DNA of 64,000 bases from Callorhinchus milii (taxonomy: Eukaryota): NCBI RefSeq assembly GCF_018977255.1, contig NW_024704742.1:19904001-19968000 (forward strand), written 5' to 3'. The notes under the pieces were generated by a model. It was not told the DNA's origin and did not search any database. It saw only the letters and a list, made by a program, of their open reading frames with translations. Of this stretch, positions 38,405 through 52,035 are shown piece after piece. Made by a program: the position numbers and the translations under genes. The stretch's first letter is position 1, and each line of letters opens with the position of its first letter.

Positions 38405-38760
38405 ATGGTGCTCGCTATGGATTGGTGAGTTGCATGCGTTGTGTAGTGTGGACCGAAAGGGTTTCATGCTTGATTCCAGGTCTGCGCTGAGTTAACTGAT
38501 GTCAGCTGGAATAATTTGAGCCCCTGTTATTCCTGGGCCAGACAAAGGAAAAATCAACCAGTCCCTTCACCAGATTGTTATCTGTTGACACCTGTCGAAA
38601 AGTGTGCTTGAGGACAGGATTGGGCTCAGCTCCAACACCTCCAAGTAGCCTGCCAACTTTCAGTGTAAATGTTGACACATCTTTGGTGCCAGTTATCCGC
38701 AGACACCCATGGAATGGTATTCTCGAATCCTAGTACGAGTCACTGACATCAGGAGAAAAG
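38405..38760 (+). mobile_element. AmnSINE2-like ancient SINE
   Basis: GGTCTGCGCTGAGTTAACTGATGTCAGC, GGAAAAATCAACCAG and GAGGACAGGATTGGGCTCAGCT match the recalled AmnSINE2 blocks in order. Confidence 0.6.
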
Positions 38761-39978
38761 TGTAGATTGTTGAGAAAACTTGGAATTAACTCAATATTTT
38801 GAAGGTCAGATTTTGGATATATGCTGTATCCTCAAATAAAGTCAAGCTGAAGTTACTATAGCAACCGCTACCTTGCCAACAATATAGATTCGCATGACTG
38901 AGTTCTTCAACCTACAATATCAGGTCTAATCTTTGACTACAGCTACATAGAGGAGGGATAAGGGAGCATACTTGATATAATGCTGCCATGCTGCTGACAG
39001 AGCACTCACTGAAGGTTACATTTTATCCATGGTGTTACATTGTCATGAATTGCATTATTCATTTGGTTTAAAAGCACTGTACTGCAGAATATTGTGCGTC
39101 TATCTTTGCTGTTCGCATAATTCCCGTCCCCTCCCTCGCCCATGTTCATAGTTCTTTTGAACACTATAGATTTAGCCAAGATACATCCTAGAAACTTTTT
39201 TTATCGTACCCATCGCACTGCACTCTTTGTTAGGTTAAGGTTTCTCAGCGTTTTGATGTGGTAAAGCTTTATAATAACTGAAAGCTTTGAACTGTTGGTC
39301 ACAATTATATTGCAACTGATGCATTTCTATTTTAAAAAGGTCAATATGTGAACACACCGTCTTGAGTTTTTTCTTAACTGGTAGTTCTCAGTTTGTTATA
39401 ACACATTTGTAAACGTTAATTGAAAGTTGTTTTAAAATGTGGGTTAACTCTGAAAAGCAACATTTTTGAAGAAGCTGCAATTCCCACTCCCCATCTTTTC
39501 ATCCATACTGTAGACACAGTTTGTTCTTTATCAGAGTCTATGTTTCATGTTTTTCTGTGTTGGGTTGAAGGTTGCTAACAGTTCAATACTCGTCTGTTTG
39601 TCATTATTTCAAGTGTCATTTTGACAGTTAATCTTTACTATAATATAACCAAGTGTTTGATCTATGTTTAATTTTTTCTGAATCATCTCCAGTTCTAACT
39701 ACAATTTAGTTTTTAAAAAAACTAAATCATAAAAAAATAATGTCTTGTATTGAAAATAGTTGAATTTATATTGAATGTTTTGCTTGAATGTTTGGCTGAT
39801 TAAAATTCTTAAGGTTAAAATTTGCATGTAGAAATTTTGTTGCAGGTCATATTACTGTAATTGGTATATTAGAAAGTGTTTTCTGAGACATGCATATTTA
39901 TTTCAAGAATTTGTCTTTCCTTCTCCCACTCCCACCCCCTCCCCCCTCCACCCCACCCATGAATCCTTTCCTCTACAG

Positions 39979-40110
39979 CTTCCTGCAGACTTTACAAAAT
40001 TGCATCTCGCAGATACCCTCCACCCTCAGGTGGCCAACGTTTCCTCTAGTCACTCAGGATGTAGTATCACCAGTGATTCTGGTAGCAGCAGCTTATCTGA
40101 TCTTTACCAG
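39979..40110 (+). CDS. RAPGEF2: RAPGEF2 coding exon, 132 nt ([44 protein letters not shown]), phase 0-0
   Basis: Pyrimidine tract plus ctctacAG acceptor and CAG/GTAAGG donor. Translation is nearly identical to RAPGEF2 [17 protein letters not shown]...SLSDIYQ. Confidence 0.96.
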
Positions 40111-40267
40111 GTAAGGGGGCTTTATTTTTTAATGCAAATACATATGTCTAAAAGGATGTTGAACTCTTAATTCATCGGGGTAGTTCAGTTCCCTTCAGTT
40201 AGTTTTACTTTTGGGCTTGTATGAAATTGCTGCTATTACAATCTATGTGTTTGTACAGGCTTTAAAA

Positions 40268-40730
40268 ACACCAACAACTTGCATTTATATAGCACCATTC
40301 ACGCAGGGTAGCGTCCCAGAACGCTTGACACTGAGCCAGGGGGAGAGGGAGTGGGGAGGTGACTGCAAGCACGATAAAAAGGAGGGTCTTTAGGTGGAAT
40401 ATGAAAGTGGGGAGGCAAGGCGGGGGAATTGAGGGAGAGAGTTTCAGGGCGTAGTGGCTGAAGGCACAGCCAACGATGGTGCAGTTGAAGGGACGAGTGA
40501 CAAACAGGAGACTGGAGCCAGCCGAGTGGAGGCAGTGCGTGGTGGAGTGGGGGTTAACCAGATTGGATAGGTAGCGAGGTGCGAGGATATGAAGGGATTT
40601 GAAAATGAGTGAGAGGAGCTTGAAGTCAATCCGTTCAGTAATTGGGAACCATTGGAGTCTAGCAAGGACTAGTGTGATGGGGGTATGGAGTTTTGTGCGG
40701 TTGAGTATCCGGGCAGTGGAGTTTTAGATT
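40268..40730 (-). mobile_element. Degenerate L2 3' end
   Basis: Tail ACAACTTGCATTTATATAGCACC...CGTCCCAGAACGCT and reverse-strand ORF2 remnants. Confidence 0.8.
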
Positions 40731-41689
40731 TTAAAACTTAACCAGACTGTCTGAGAACAGTTTTTAACAACCCTAGCACAAGACACACTGGGGACCATTG
40801 CGCAACAAGCCCAGTATGTCTTGTATTAGGGTTGTTAATGAAACCTGCATAATATTGTTCTATTCTGTTGGTCAGTTGACTTGTAAACCCCAGAACATTC
40901 TGCTGGTCTGAATTAAGGAGCATTACAGAGAGTTCACATGCAAAACTTTAACAAAAAGAACAATTATGTTTGAAAAACAGGTGAAGGGCGAAAACGCATT
41001 GTGCAACTATCAAGGTTGAAGAAAAGAAAATGGTTAGGTGCTTCCAAGTTTGGGCTTTAAAAGTTTGTAGGTTGTAACAAAGACCTTCCTTTTTTCTCTG
41101 TTTATCTAGATTATAAAACCAAGGGATTTGTGTTGGCACTTGATTTTCATCTTTGACCATACAATTATAGAAACCAACCGTTGCTTTTAGGTCATTGCAG
41201 GCTGAGAAGCTTGGCAGGCTGCCTATTCCTTGATCTCTGTCGGTGTCATTCAAGTATACTTTGAGCGGAGTCATTGTAAGGAAACATCTAGCCACTGCTT
41301 GCCACTGCCCCAAAAGGGCATGGAAACAGTGTGGGTGGGAAACAGTAGGGATAATAAACCCATGTTTCAGACATTATTACAATGCATGTGCTAGAAATGT
41401 AGGAATATTTTAACTCTTGATACTCACTGCCCAAGGTCAGGCTTCCAAGGTCAGGTTCATTGTAGGTTAGATACAGTTAAAAGACATGACTGAAGCATGA
41501 CATCTACATGTAGTTTCCACGTAGTATTCTTCCAGGAAACTACAAAAATAGTTTGCTGGAAGAACAGCAAGCACTCGGATTAGATTGAGCAAACATGCTT
41601 TCTCGGCATCAAGTTGCGCAGCAGCCTAGATTGGTATGCTTTAACCAGAACAACAATTATCAATTTATATCTTTAGTTTGTACCAACAC

Positions 41690-42620
41690 CTCACATACAT
41701 GCAATATGTATGGAGTCATAGAAATGTAAAGCACGGAAGAAAACCATTCAGCGCATGTGTAGGTTTTTTGAAAGCACAGTCCATCCAATCCTGCTCACTT
41801 TTTCCCCATTCTCCTGCAGTGAATTCCTCTTTACAACAACAAGAAAATTACATTTGTAAAGCGCTTTTCACGTCGAGAGGACGTCCCAAGATGCTATTTA
41901 TCTCTTTATCTAGTTTCTTTAGCTATTTATCTAGTTGCTTCTTGAATGCTAATATGGATTGTGCCTCGACCACTGCACCGAGAAAGCCATGCCACATCCT
42001 GTGTATACATTTTTTTTCCTATTCCTCCCTTTTCTTCCTGTCTTAATTGATGGCTTCTCATCACTGAATCATCAACCAGTGGAAATAATTTCTCCATACC
42101 CATTCTATCACAACCCCTCATAATCTAGTCTCCCCTCAACCTTCTCTGTTCCAATAGCCCAGTTTCACTATTCTCTGCTCAAAGGTCAAACAACTCATCC
42201 CTGATGTCCTTTTAGTAAATCTCCTCTGCACCCTCTTTATGGCTCTAATGTCCTTAAATGGGGTGACTAATATTGGACACAATACTTGTACTGATGATTT
42301 ATTACAGGTTGAGCATTGCCTGTTTGGTTTAAATTCTGTGGCCTATTTATAAAACCTAAATAGGCCACAGAATTTAAAACCAAATAGGTTTTATAAATTC
42401 TTCATATAGCATTCTTCATAATTTGTTCACCTCCCTTCCCACCTTTAAAGGTTTATGTACTTTTACTCCTCAGGTCTCTGATCTTCTGATCCTTTTCCAT
42501 TTAGCACATAGTTGCTCTCTTTCTTCCTCCCAAAATGTTCAAGCTCACGCTTTCTGTATTTTATCTGGCATCCCTCTGCCCAATCGAGTGGTCTGTCGAT
42601 GTCCTCCTGCAGTTGCTATG
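41690..42620 (-). mobile_element. Degenerate CR1 with a nested short L2 tail (about 41833-41893)
   Basis: MRGCDRMGMEKLFPLVDDSVMRSHQL in ORF 41927..42121(-); AAATCTCCTCTGCACCCTCT and TGGACACAATAC motifs. Confidence 0.75.
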
Positions 42621-43034
42621 ATCATACTTATAGTGTGAACATTATAATAATAATAATTATTATTTCTAATGTGTGCATATATCACTGTGTTTTGAGATGT
42701 TAGCTATCCACTTTTAGGAAATATTTAACTATGCCATAGTTTCAATAAAATAACTGAAATATTCAGGTTAAACAGACATTAAAAGCTTCCATTTGCGGGT
42801 GGAGTCTTTGAAGATCGATTCAAAGCATTCTTAGTATTAAAATTCTAAGTATTTGCTAAGTAACTGTCAGAAAATTTACATTTCAAAACTGTCTTCAGTA
42901 TCTTAAAAGCTTATGACTCCGTTTTCTGATATTTTGGATTCAGCATGAATGATTTAATGCTATATACATTTGTCAATATATAGAGTACACAATTCTATCC
43001 ATCAAATCAAATGGAACTGATGGATTTTGACAAT

Positions 43035-43331
43035 ATAGAATATACTGTGAAGTGAATTGACTGTATATTTGGTGGGTGAAACCCGGCAACCAATTGCACA
43101 CAGCAGTGTCCCACAAACAGTCGTGGATTGAGTAACTAAATTATTATTATTATTTCAAAATGTATTTTTGTTTTGAAGAGATTATTACCCCCGGAAAAGA
43201 GATCGACCAATCGACTAACAGACGGGTTCCTACTTACTGCTAGGTAAACAGGCGTGTGGAATAAGGTTTCGCCCTGTCCAGGTCATCTTGCTTGCAAGGC
43301 GAGTGCTGTCACCACTAGACTACAGGACTCC
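43035..43331 (-). mobile_element. tRNA-derived SINE lacking its 3' tail
   Basis: CTTGCAAGGCGAGTGCT...CACCACT...CTACAGGACTCC head and a body matching 24630-24880. Confidence 0.8.
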
Positions 43332-43527
43332 ACACATATACACTCACACGCTCATACAGATACTCACACGCACAGCCGCATTAACTCATACAGGCAATCA
43401 AATACACAGACACACACACACACACACACACAAACACTCTCACTCAAAAATATAGAAAGACACTCTCACTCAAAACCACACACACTCTGACATACACTCA
43501 CACTCAAACACACACTCAAACACAGAC
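43331..43527. repeat. Degenerate (CA)n microsatellite
   Basis: Directly visible. Confidence 0.9.
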
Positions 43528-44129
43528 AAAATTTATTTTCCTCTGCAGAAATTTTGATTCCGTCCATAGCTAGGACAAAACTTGATGGCCATTGATGATC
43601 AGTCAATAAAGGAAAAGAAACTTATACAATAATGTTATGGTAGCTGTACATAAGATATCTTGGTGATTACAGGCTGCAAAACACTCTTGGCAGTCATCTG
43701 ACTATATAAATTGTTCCAACTTCATTCTAGTGATATTGTCAGAATCCCTGCCGATCATATCATAGCTGTATAAAACACTTTGGTCTTTAAAACAGTATTG
43801 GAAGCCTGTTCTGGGCAAATTAGGACCACTACAAAAGTAGTTTATGACCAAGCACATTGTGAGGCTAAGGAGGTCATTAGGGAAATTATTCGGGAATAGT
43901 GGATTGCATCATTCCATAAGGGATTGCAAACAATCCCAATTTTTTATTGCTGGTTGAAGTATGTTGTTGCTCATGTCTGGCTGACCCTTCTGGACTGTTG
44001 CCATTGTTGGTCTTAATGATCCAGTTTGCTGGAAAGAACTGGACTCTGTATTGTGTCACTTGCTAATAGTAAAGTAGAGGATTTGGGCCATATTTTTGAC
44101 CATAGTCAAAGTGGTACCTGGGTTTTGAA

Positions 44130-44760
44130 AGCCAGGAGAGAGAATTTGAAGCTAAAGAATTTGTGGAGGGAGTGTAGGGAAATAGTGACTGAAAGCTCAG
44201 CTGACACTGGTGGAACTGAGGGAAAAAGGCAGTGCAGCAAAGCTGAGTTTGAAGCAGAGTGAATGGGCTGGAAAGTGGGGGTTGAGGAGTTGGCAAAGGT
44301 CGGACGGTGCAAGCATTTCAAAGCAGATTTAGGATATTAAATTCAACGATAGGTAGCAAATGTGAAAATGGGGCGCTGAATATGCAGAACCTAGTGTGGC
44401 ATATGATGTGAGTTGTGGCAGATTGTATGAGCTGAATCTTGGGCATGAACAAGCTAGGAAAGCATTTGAGACGTCAATTATGGGGGTGACAAAAGTGTGA
44501 ATTGAGTTTTGTTTGGTTTGGAGGTGTGATGAGGATAGAGGCAGGTGATGGACTAAAGGTGGAGAAAAGAGGTCAGTCAGAGACCTAATATAGGGTTTAT
44601 AAAAGATCTGAGGATTAAACAAAATGCCAGGATTGCATATTGACTTTGTGAGCTGGCGAGGTTGACGACATCAGAGAAATGGAGGAGAGAAGCTCTGGTG
44701 AAAGCTATGGGTTTTGTTTTGTTAATAAGCAGCAGAAAGTTGAGGCTTAATGTCTCAATT
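44130..44760 (-). mobile_element. Old degenerate L2 fragment
   Basis: SIHTFVTPIIDVSNAFLA (decayed HAFVTSRLDYSNALLA) in ORF 44329..44622(-). Confidence 0.65.
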
Positions 44761-44904
44761 GGCAGTTGGCCAGGTCAGCATTAGTTTCTTAGTCTGCCTC
44801 TACTCACAAGAAGTTTACCTCATTTCTGTGGATGATGTGACCAAGAGTGTGTAATTTTGAGCATTTTACCTTTAAAAGGATGTTGTTCTATTATACACAG
44901 TTTG

Positions 44905-45192
44905 TAACAATAAATCTGATTATAGCGCCTTTTATCAAAATATCTGAAAGTGCTTTACAGAAATTGTCAAGTTCAGTGATTATATTTGTAGACAAATATG
45001 ATGGACAATCTCCACTCAAGATCCCACAAACAGCCACGACGTGAATGACAGGTCAATCTAAAGGATTGTTGTCCAGGACACTGGGAGAAATTCCTTTCTC
45101 TTTTGGAATAGTGCCATTGGGAATTTAATGTCTGCCTGAATAGGCAGAGGGATCTGTTTTTCATCTCATCAGAAGGTCATTCAACAGTGCAG
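44905..45192 (-). mobile_element. Degenerate Deu-domain SINE
   Basis: CCAGGACACTGGGAGAA...GAATAGTGCCATTGGGAAT...CATCTCATC reverse Deu core plus tail. Confidence 0.7.
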
Positions 45193-45809
45193 GGCTAGCC
45201 AGAACTTTGTTAATGATTTCTTACAGAGAGGAATTGGATCAGTTTTGGGTTCAAAACGGGTTTAAAGGTTGTTTTTGGTTGGAAATTCATCTGAATGTTG
45301 TAGCCGATAAGAGCAAATTGAGATGGTGGGATACAATGGTAAGAAGAATCTCTGTGAAGAGCAACAGGCCAGATTTAGATAAAGATTGATCTTTGCAATA
45401 CATTTTTAAATTTTTTTTAATATATGGAATGAGTATTTGTGTGTGTGTGTATTAAAAAAAAGTCACAAGTTGGTTGTTTGAAATCTGTATTATCTTCCTC
45501 TACAATATTTGGATTGAAATACAAATCGTTCAGATGTTCTAAAACATCTGTTATCAAAGGACATTACAAGAACTTCATTAATGAACATTTGTCTCATTAG
45601 GTTCTACTTCAAGCTTCCGTCTGTCTTGTTATTTATTTAGGTGGATGTGAAGGGACCACCCTGCCTTTGCTATTTTAAAGAACCTGAAATCTTTCACCTG
45701 GTTTTCTGAATTCAGCCCCAATTCAAATTTGATTTACCCCCAAATTGATTTTGGGATGTCACTGGAACAATTTGGCTGTTGCGATTGCCTAGATAGGACT
45801 GCTTCCTAT

Positions 45810-47825
45810 CCCTCTGGCCTTCCATCCGCAACGACCCTGAAGCAGCCGTCAAGCTGCTCCATGATCGCCACTCCTCCACCTTTAACTCCATCGTCCCCCT
45901 GAAATCCAGGAACGTCTACAAACCCAACCGCTCCCCCTGGTACAGCCATCATCTCCACTCCCTAAAATCCCAAACCTGGTTGCTCGAGCGCAGATGGCAG
46001 AAAACCAGCCTCACGGTTCACCACTAGCTGTGGCTTGAGCATCTTCACACCTACCGCCGCTCCCTGTCGCAAGCAAAAACTGTGCACTACTCAAACATCA
46101 TACTGGAGGCCAACAATAACTCCAAAATCCTATTCTCCACCCCCACAACCCCCCACCCCCCACCTGTGCACCCCCTCAAGCAACCTCAATGATCACATCT
46201 AACGCCAAGTGCGAAGAGATCATGGACTTCCTTACCTCTAAAATTGACAACATTCACCTGGCAGCTTCATTCCTCTACCCTGTGTTGCCTACCACCACCC
46301 CCATTCTGTCTCCCTCACCCACCCCACCCTCGGCTCCTACCCCAGCCCCCATCCTACATTAATTTGCCCCCATCTCTCCTTCCTCCCTCTCCTTCCTCGC
46401 GGTCATCACCCCCCCCCCCTTAAAAAAACCTACCCTCAATCCCTTCAACCTCGGCAACTACTGCTCTATCTCAAAACTGCCCTTCCTGGCCAAAGCTCTG
46501 GAACACGTTGTTGCCACCCAACTTTGCGCACACCTCTCCCTCCACACCCGACTCGAACCCCTCCAATCAGAGACAGTGCTCATGAAGGTCAAAAACGATA
46601 TCCTCTCTATCTGTGAGCAGAGCTCCCTCTGCCTCCTCGTCCTCCTGGACTCCGCCACGTTCGACACAGTCAATCACGCCATCCTCCTCCACTGCCTGTC
46701 CTCCATCACCCACCTCAGTGGGTCCGCACTCACTTGGTTCGAGTCTACCTTACAAACCGCCAGTTCTACATTTCTGCAAATGGCTTTTCTTCGCTCTTCC
46801 ACCCGGTCACCTGTGAGGTATCCCAAGGATCCATCCTTGGCCCCCTTCTCTTCCTCATCTATATGCTCCCTCTCGGTGATGTCATCCGCAGACACCGGGT
46901 TAACTTCCACATGTATGTGGATGACACTCAACTCTACTTTTCCACCTCCAGCTGCGACCCCCAGTTCGCTGATGTTCTGTCAGCTTGTCTGTCGGACATC
47001 AGGAGCTGGATGAGCACAATTTTCCTGCAGCTAAACATCAACAAGACAGAAGCCATACTCTTTGGCTCCCGCCAACATCTTCTGTCCACGGTTCCGACCT
47101 GCTCAACCTACTTGACCTGTCCTTAACACTCTCTGAACCCGTGCGCAACTTAGGCATCAGGTTCGATCCCCAGTTACCCTTCCTCTCCCACATCCGATCC
47201 CTGACCAGCACCACTTTCTTCCACCTCCGCCACATTGCCCATCTCCAAAAATACCTCACCCCAAAAGCAGCTGAAACCCTTGTCCATGTCTTTGTCACCT
47301 CTCGGCTGGACTACTCTTAACGCCCTCCTCGCTATTCACAAAATTCAACTCATTCAAAACTCCGCCGCCTGCATTCTCACCCGCACCAAACTTCATACTC
47401 CGATTACTCCAGTCCTTGCCAAATTTCACTGGCTCCTTGTCAAAGAGCGGATCGACTTCAAGATCCGCACTCTAGCGTTTAAATCCCTCCATTCCTTGGC
47501 ACCCCCCCATCTCTCTAACCTCCTCTCTCCCCACAGCAGTATCCGCTGCCTCCATTCTACGTCCCCCAAATCCTCCGCTCCACCATCGGCAGCCGTGCCT
47601 TCAGCCACTACGCCCCGAAACTTTGTAACTCGCTTCATCAACCCCTTCGCCTTGCCCCCTCCTTCCCCATCTTCATGTCGCCCCTGAAGACCTTTCTTAT
47701 TGACCGCGCCTGTGTTTTTTTTGACTGCCCCTCCCCGTGGCTCGACCTTGGGCTCCACCATTGTTAAGCGCTCTGAGACGCCGTCCGGCGTGGAGGGCGC
47801 TATATACGTGCAAATTGTTGTTGTT
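45810..47825 (+). mobile_element. Longest L2 LINE copy (~2 kb; post-endonuclease linker, RT domain and 3' UTR), inactivated
   Basis: SPWYS, NYCSISKLPFLAKALE, LLDSATFDTVNH, SQGSILGPLLFLIY, YVDDTQLY, LQLNINKTE, SRLDYS and FHWLLV motifs across frameshifts; tail with (TTG)n. Confidence 0.95.
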
Positions 47826-48924
47826 ACCTGCATAAAATTTGCTTAATTTCTAAGCAATTATATTTTGTAAAGTGCTTTGAAATGTTTATTTTTACATGAA
47901 AGGCATTATATAAATGCAACTTATCTTCACCCAAAGTGAAATAAAAAGACTAATAGAATGCATGTTTTCAATTTAAGCCTTGCACAAAACTTCATTTTGG
48001 TGGGAATATTTAGGGTCTAAGGCTCAGAATTGTCGATGTAGTATTTCTCTTGAACAAATGTTTTCTGAAAATGCTGATTATTTCCTCTTGCATATTTTTT
48101 TCTCCATCTATTTGCGTTTCTCTTTCTTAAACTGGCATTGCTTATCTTTCTATTACACCCTATTATTTTCTACTCTATCAGTCCATGTCGCTTGATGATC
48201 TTTCCTTTATCTGTTCCATTTTTTTGAGAAATTAGACTGGAAAGAAATGCACTGCATATCAGTCTCATTGATCTTTTTCTTCATGTACCTAGGGAGCACT
48301 TTGTGTGGCAAAGATCAGTGGTGGGGGCTATTGGCTGCTATTAAAATACACAGTACATTATCTTTCCCTTCTTGCCAATATATGCAGTGTGCATGCCTTA
48401 GAGTTATATAGTAAATGGTCTATATTTTGGAGCAAAGCAATGTTTTTATTTCTTCACAAGACTGTATCAGGTTGGTTTACGTCATGTGAATATTATTGTT
48501 ACTTCCAGTAAGGTATATAGTTCACAAGTTTTTAATAATCTATTATTAATAATCTAAATGGCTATATTTCTGTACTTAAAGTTTGAATTTGTGCAGAACA
48601 TTATTCTTTGTTTAACTTACAAGATGTGGAAAATTTGAATGTATTACTAGAATTTGGTAAAAATGTGCTTTGCGATTTTGAAAAACGATTTTTGTGTCCT
48701 TCTCATTTATTGTGTGTAAAATTGCTGATATCTAGTCATATGGATAACATATTGCAGCATTAGTTGGGAAAGTATTTAAGGAACAAATAGCTCCATACAA
48801 TTTGCTTAGATCATTATTGATTACAAATTTACTTATTGGTAAGAAACATGTCATTTTTAAGTATCTTACACAAATTTAAAAAAATTGAATGATATCTGAA
48901 GAATGGTATTTGAAATTTCTCCCA

Positions 48925-49097
48925 AAAATAATAATTTTGTCGCAACTGTTTGTGGGACACTGCTGTATGCAATTGGCTGCCGTGTTTTGCCCACAAAATA
49001 TACACTAAATTCACTTTACAGTATATTCTGTGAAGGGCTTTGAGACGTCCAGAAGACGTGATAAGGCGCTATATCAAATAAAAGTATTATTATTATT
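48925..49097 (+). mobile_element. SINE 3' half
   Basis: CTGTTTGTGGGACACTGCTG...TGAGACGTCCAGAAGACGTGATAAGGCGCTATATC-(TAT)n. Confidence 0.85.
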
Positions 49098-50599
49098 CAT
49101 GGGATCTCTGTGAACCTATAAGCAGCTTCCTGCACCTGATGACCCAGAAGTTAGCCACTTTTTAGTGTGGGAAGCCAGCCAGCTTTCTGTGTGCATGCAG
49201 GGACATCATTGGTCATGTGATTAATTATTGAGTAAGTAATCTTGGTGCTTTGTGCAATACTGTAATTTATAAATTATGCAAAAAATATATTTTAAAGAAA
49301 AAAAGTATATTTCCTATTATCAAAAAGTGTTTCAGATATTCTATTCTATTTATCATTAGGGTAGAGAGAAAGAAAAACAGTATATCTGTAACCATGTAAC
49401 ATCAGCTCTGTTTTTGTGATTAAATCATGAATATCCAACAAAAGCTGCCTGACATCATTGAGCCTTAAACCCGTGAAACAAACTGTTCTTAAACCGATTA
49501 CGTTGAACATTTCAAAACCTCACTAATTTTGAAGAAGGAATGTTCAATACAAAGACTTGCTACAAATTGAGAAAGGTACGCCTTGCTGAAGACAGATTAA
49601 AAACGCAAGATTGAAGCCAAGTAGTCTTTGAAGCAGATCTATGAATTTCAGATTGTATATTTGCCTAGACAATTGATGGCCAAATTGTTTGCTTTACCAT
49701 GATTTAATCGGAAGGTCTACAAAATTGCTGTGTGTCAGGTGGCAGCTTTACAAAGTATTTCAGACTTGAATAAATCATGAAACTGAATTCAGAGATGCCT
49801 TTCCGCATTGATCTGAGAGTAGCCTTATTTAAATATTAATGCTATAGCTATATTTGCTGTATCCAAGGTCTTGCATCAATGATAAATTTGTTTAGGGGAG
49901 AGAGCAGGTGCCATGGTTAAATCTTTTTTAAAGAAGATTCTGGAACTAAATAATCAAAATATGTATTAAATAACTTTTACCAAGATTGTTAGCAAAAACT
50001 CTTTCATTAAAAGTGGATAGAATAGAATAAATTTTGAGGATTTTGCATTTTGCCACGTTCAGTAATCAAATAGGAAAGTCTATCATGCTCATGAAAGATA
50101 CCAAAATGACAGGGTCATAAGAATTTTACATTATTTTTACCAATAATGTTCACTCATTGAGCTGAATATTGAAATGCACTTGGACTGTGGAATCGGGGGG
50201 AGGGCGACCAGGATTGCAATTGACCAGTCCGTGAGGTAGGTTCGCAGGGATTGCTCTCCTGTTGTTAAATCTCCAGCCTTGGACCTCGGAGTGGGGTCAG
50301 CTGAGGCTCAGAGACAGCCAATGTGGGAGAGGGACGATTAGGGATTTTGATCCAGTGGGAAGAAACAGTATGAGCTGCTGGATCCAAAAGGATAATGGAA
50401 GGCTTGAGGGCAATCGGATCTCCAGCACATTTCTTTCTAATTGGAATGATAAGCCTCTCCCAGTAAGATAGTCCAGGTTTGTCTTAGCCCTTGGGAGGGG
50501 CATAGACACCTTTGTGCCTTCCACAATGTACTCTTGCTTAGCTCACATAGCTGTTCGTTCAGGCTGACACCATTGCATTCCTTGAGACAACATTATATG

Positions 50600-50812
50600 G
50601 TCATAGATGCCGTCCTTTGGATGAAATTATTGACCAGTTCTGTATTGCAGATGGATGTTAAAGATCCAATGACACTATTCAGAAAAAAAACAGGAGTGTC
50701 TCAGAATCCTTCAATATAATGTCATTCACCTCATGCTTGTTTGTATAAAATGGATGTAACTTTGCCTACAAAAATAGTCACTAAATAAGAGAAATTACTG
50801 TGAAGCATTTTC
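50600..50812 (+). mobile_element. Deu-domain SINE fragment
   Basis: GATGCCGTCCTTTGGATGA...GATGGATGTTAAAGATCCAATGACACTATTC. Confidence 0.65.
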
Positions 50813-51769
50813 TGCACTTTCTAATATTTCAAAGCAATGCATGACCTATTTCAAATCTAAGGTAAATCAGACTAAATCAGTAATGATGTCAGTGATTTCC
50901 TTTCCCCCAAAAAATATTTAAAAACCTATCCAACCTTGTTGTCGTTGTATCGTTTTCCTTATCTGCAGTACAACTGCAGCAGTTCAGATTGAGAGCAGGT
51001 TAAAATGAAGCCAATATGACCTAATTACCATCGGAGATTTAATGTTTTTTTTCCCCTCTCTAATGCCTCACAGTAGGAAGAAAACCTTTCCCATCTGTTG
51101 TCTGACAGTTTCTGTTTTCACACATAGACATGACAGAAAGACGTGGAACTATTTTGAGCTATCCAAGTAATGGATTTTACAGTGGATTTTAGCTGTCCTT
51201 AAAGATTGCTTTGCTGTTTGAATTAAACAGGTTATTTAATGTCCAGAAAACAATAGCAGGTTAGTTGTGGGCATCGTTCTCGTCTTGTTTTCCTCGTCAA
51301 TGCAACCAGATTGATTTGTATTTGGAAAGACTGTGTTAGATCCTTGAGATCAAAATGCTTAAAGTAGTTTAATTTGTGAGTCATTACATGTGTGAAAAAA
51401 ATTAAGTCGCTAGGAAGAGCTAAAATGTCATTGGTGAGAGCAGGGACATCACAGTACGTAGGGACCCAATTTTAACTTGGTGGTTGGGATGCTGAACATT
51501 TGAACTTGTAAACGAACACGCAAAAACAGCTTCTGCCAGACAGAGCTTCCGGGTCATTCCATTCATGTGGAAAACCAGCCGCTACCCCAATGCACTGTTT
51601 GCACTATTCTCACCGTGCTCAACCTAACCTACTTGCACTAATCTCAGTCCCCAACCTAATTTACTTGCATAAGTTTCGTAACCTACTCACTCTATTCCCA
51701 CAGTAACAGGATTTTCCTGCTTTGACGTCACAAAATATCGATGGTCACCTATCTCACTTATAAGCAAGG

Positions 51770-52035
51770 CAACAACAACAACAACTTGGATTTATATAGC
51801 TCCCTCCACGCCGGACGGCATCTCAGAGCGCTTCACAGTTACGGATCCCGGGGCCGAGCGGGGGGGAGGGGGAGGAAGGTGACCAAAGGCACGGTCGAAA
51901 AGAAAGGTCTTCAGCAGAGACCTGAAAATAGGAAAAGAGGGAGCGAAGGGAGTGAGGAAGGCAGTTCCAGAGCCTCGGGGTGTAGTGGCTGAAGGCACGG
52001 CCGCCGAGGGTGGAGCGAAGGACTTGGGGAACAAG
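51770..52035 (-). mobile_element. L2 3' end, same subfamily as 45810-47825
   Basis: (AAC)n tail and CTCCACGCCGGACGGCATCTCAGAGCGCT, the reverse complement of 47768-47800; SLLKTFLFDRAF. Confidence 0.9.

Noticed and set aside
1..39978. Upstream exons of the long RAPGEF2 isoform, including a short exon just before LPADF
   Set aside because: None could be identified by eye. They probably lie upstream of the window, though a microexon could have been missed.
39890..40114. ORF-track protein MHIYFKN...
   Set aside because: Wrong frame; the real exon 39979-40110 is read in another frame.
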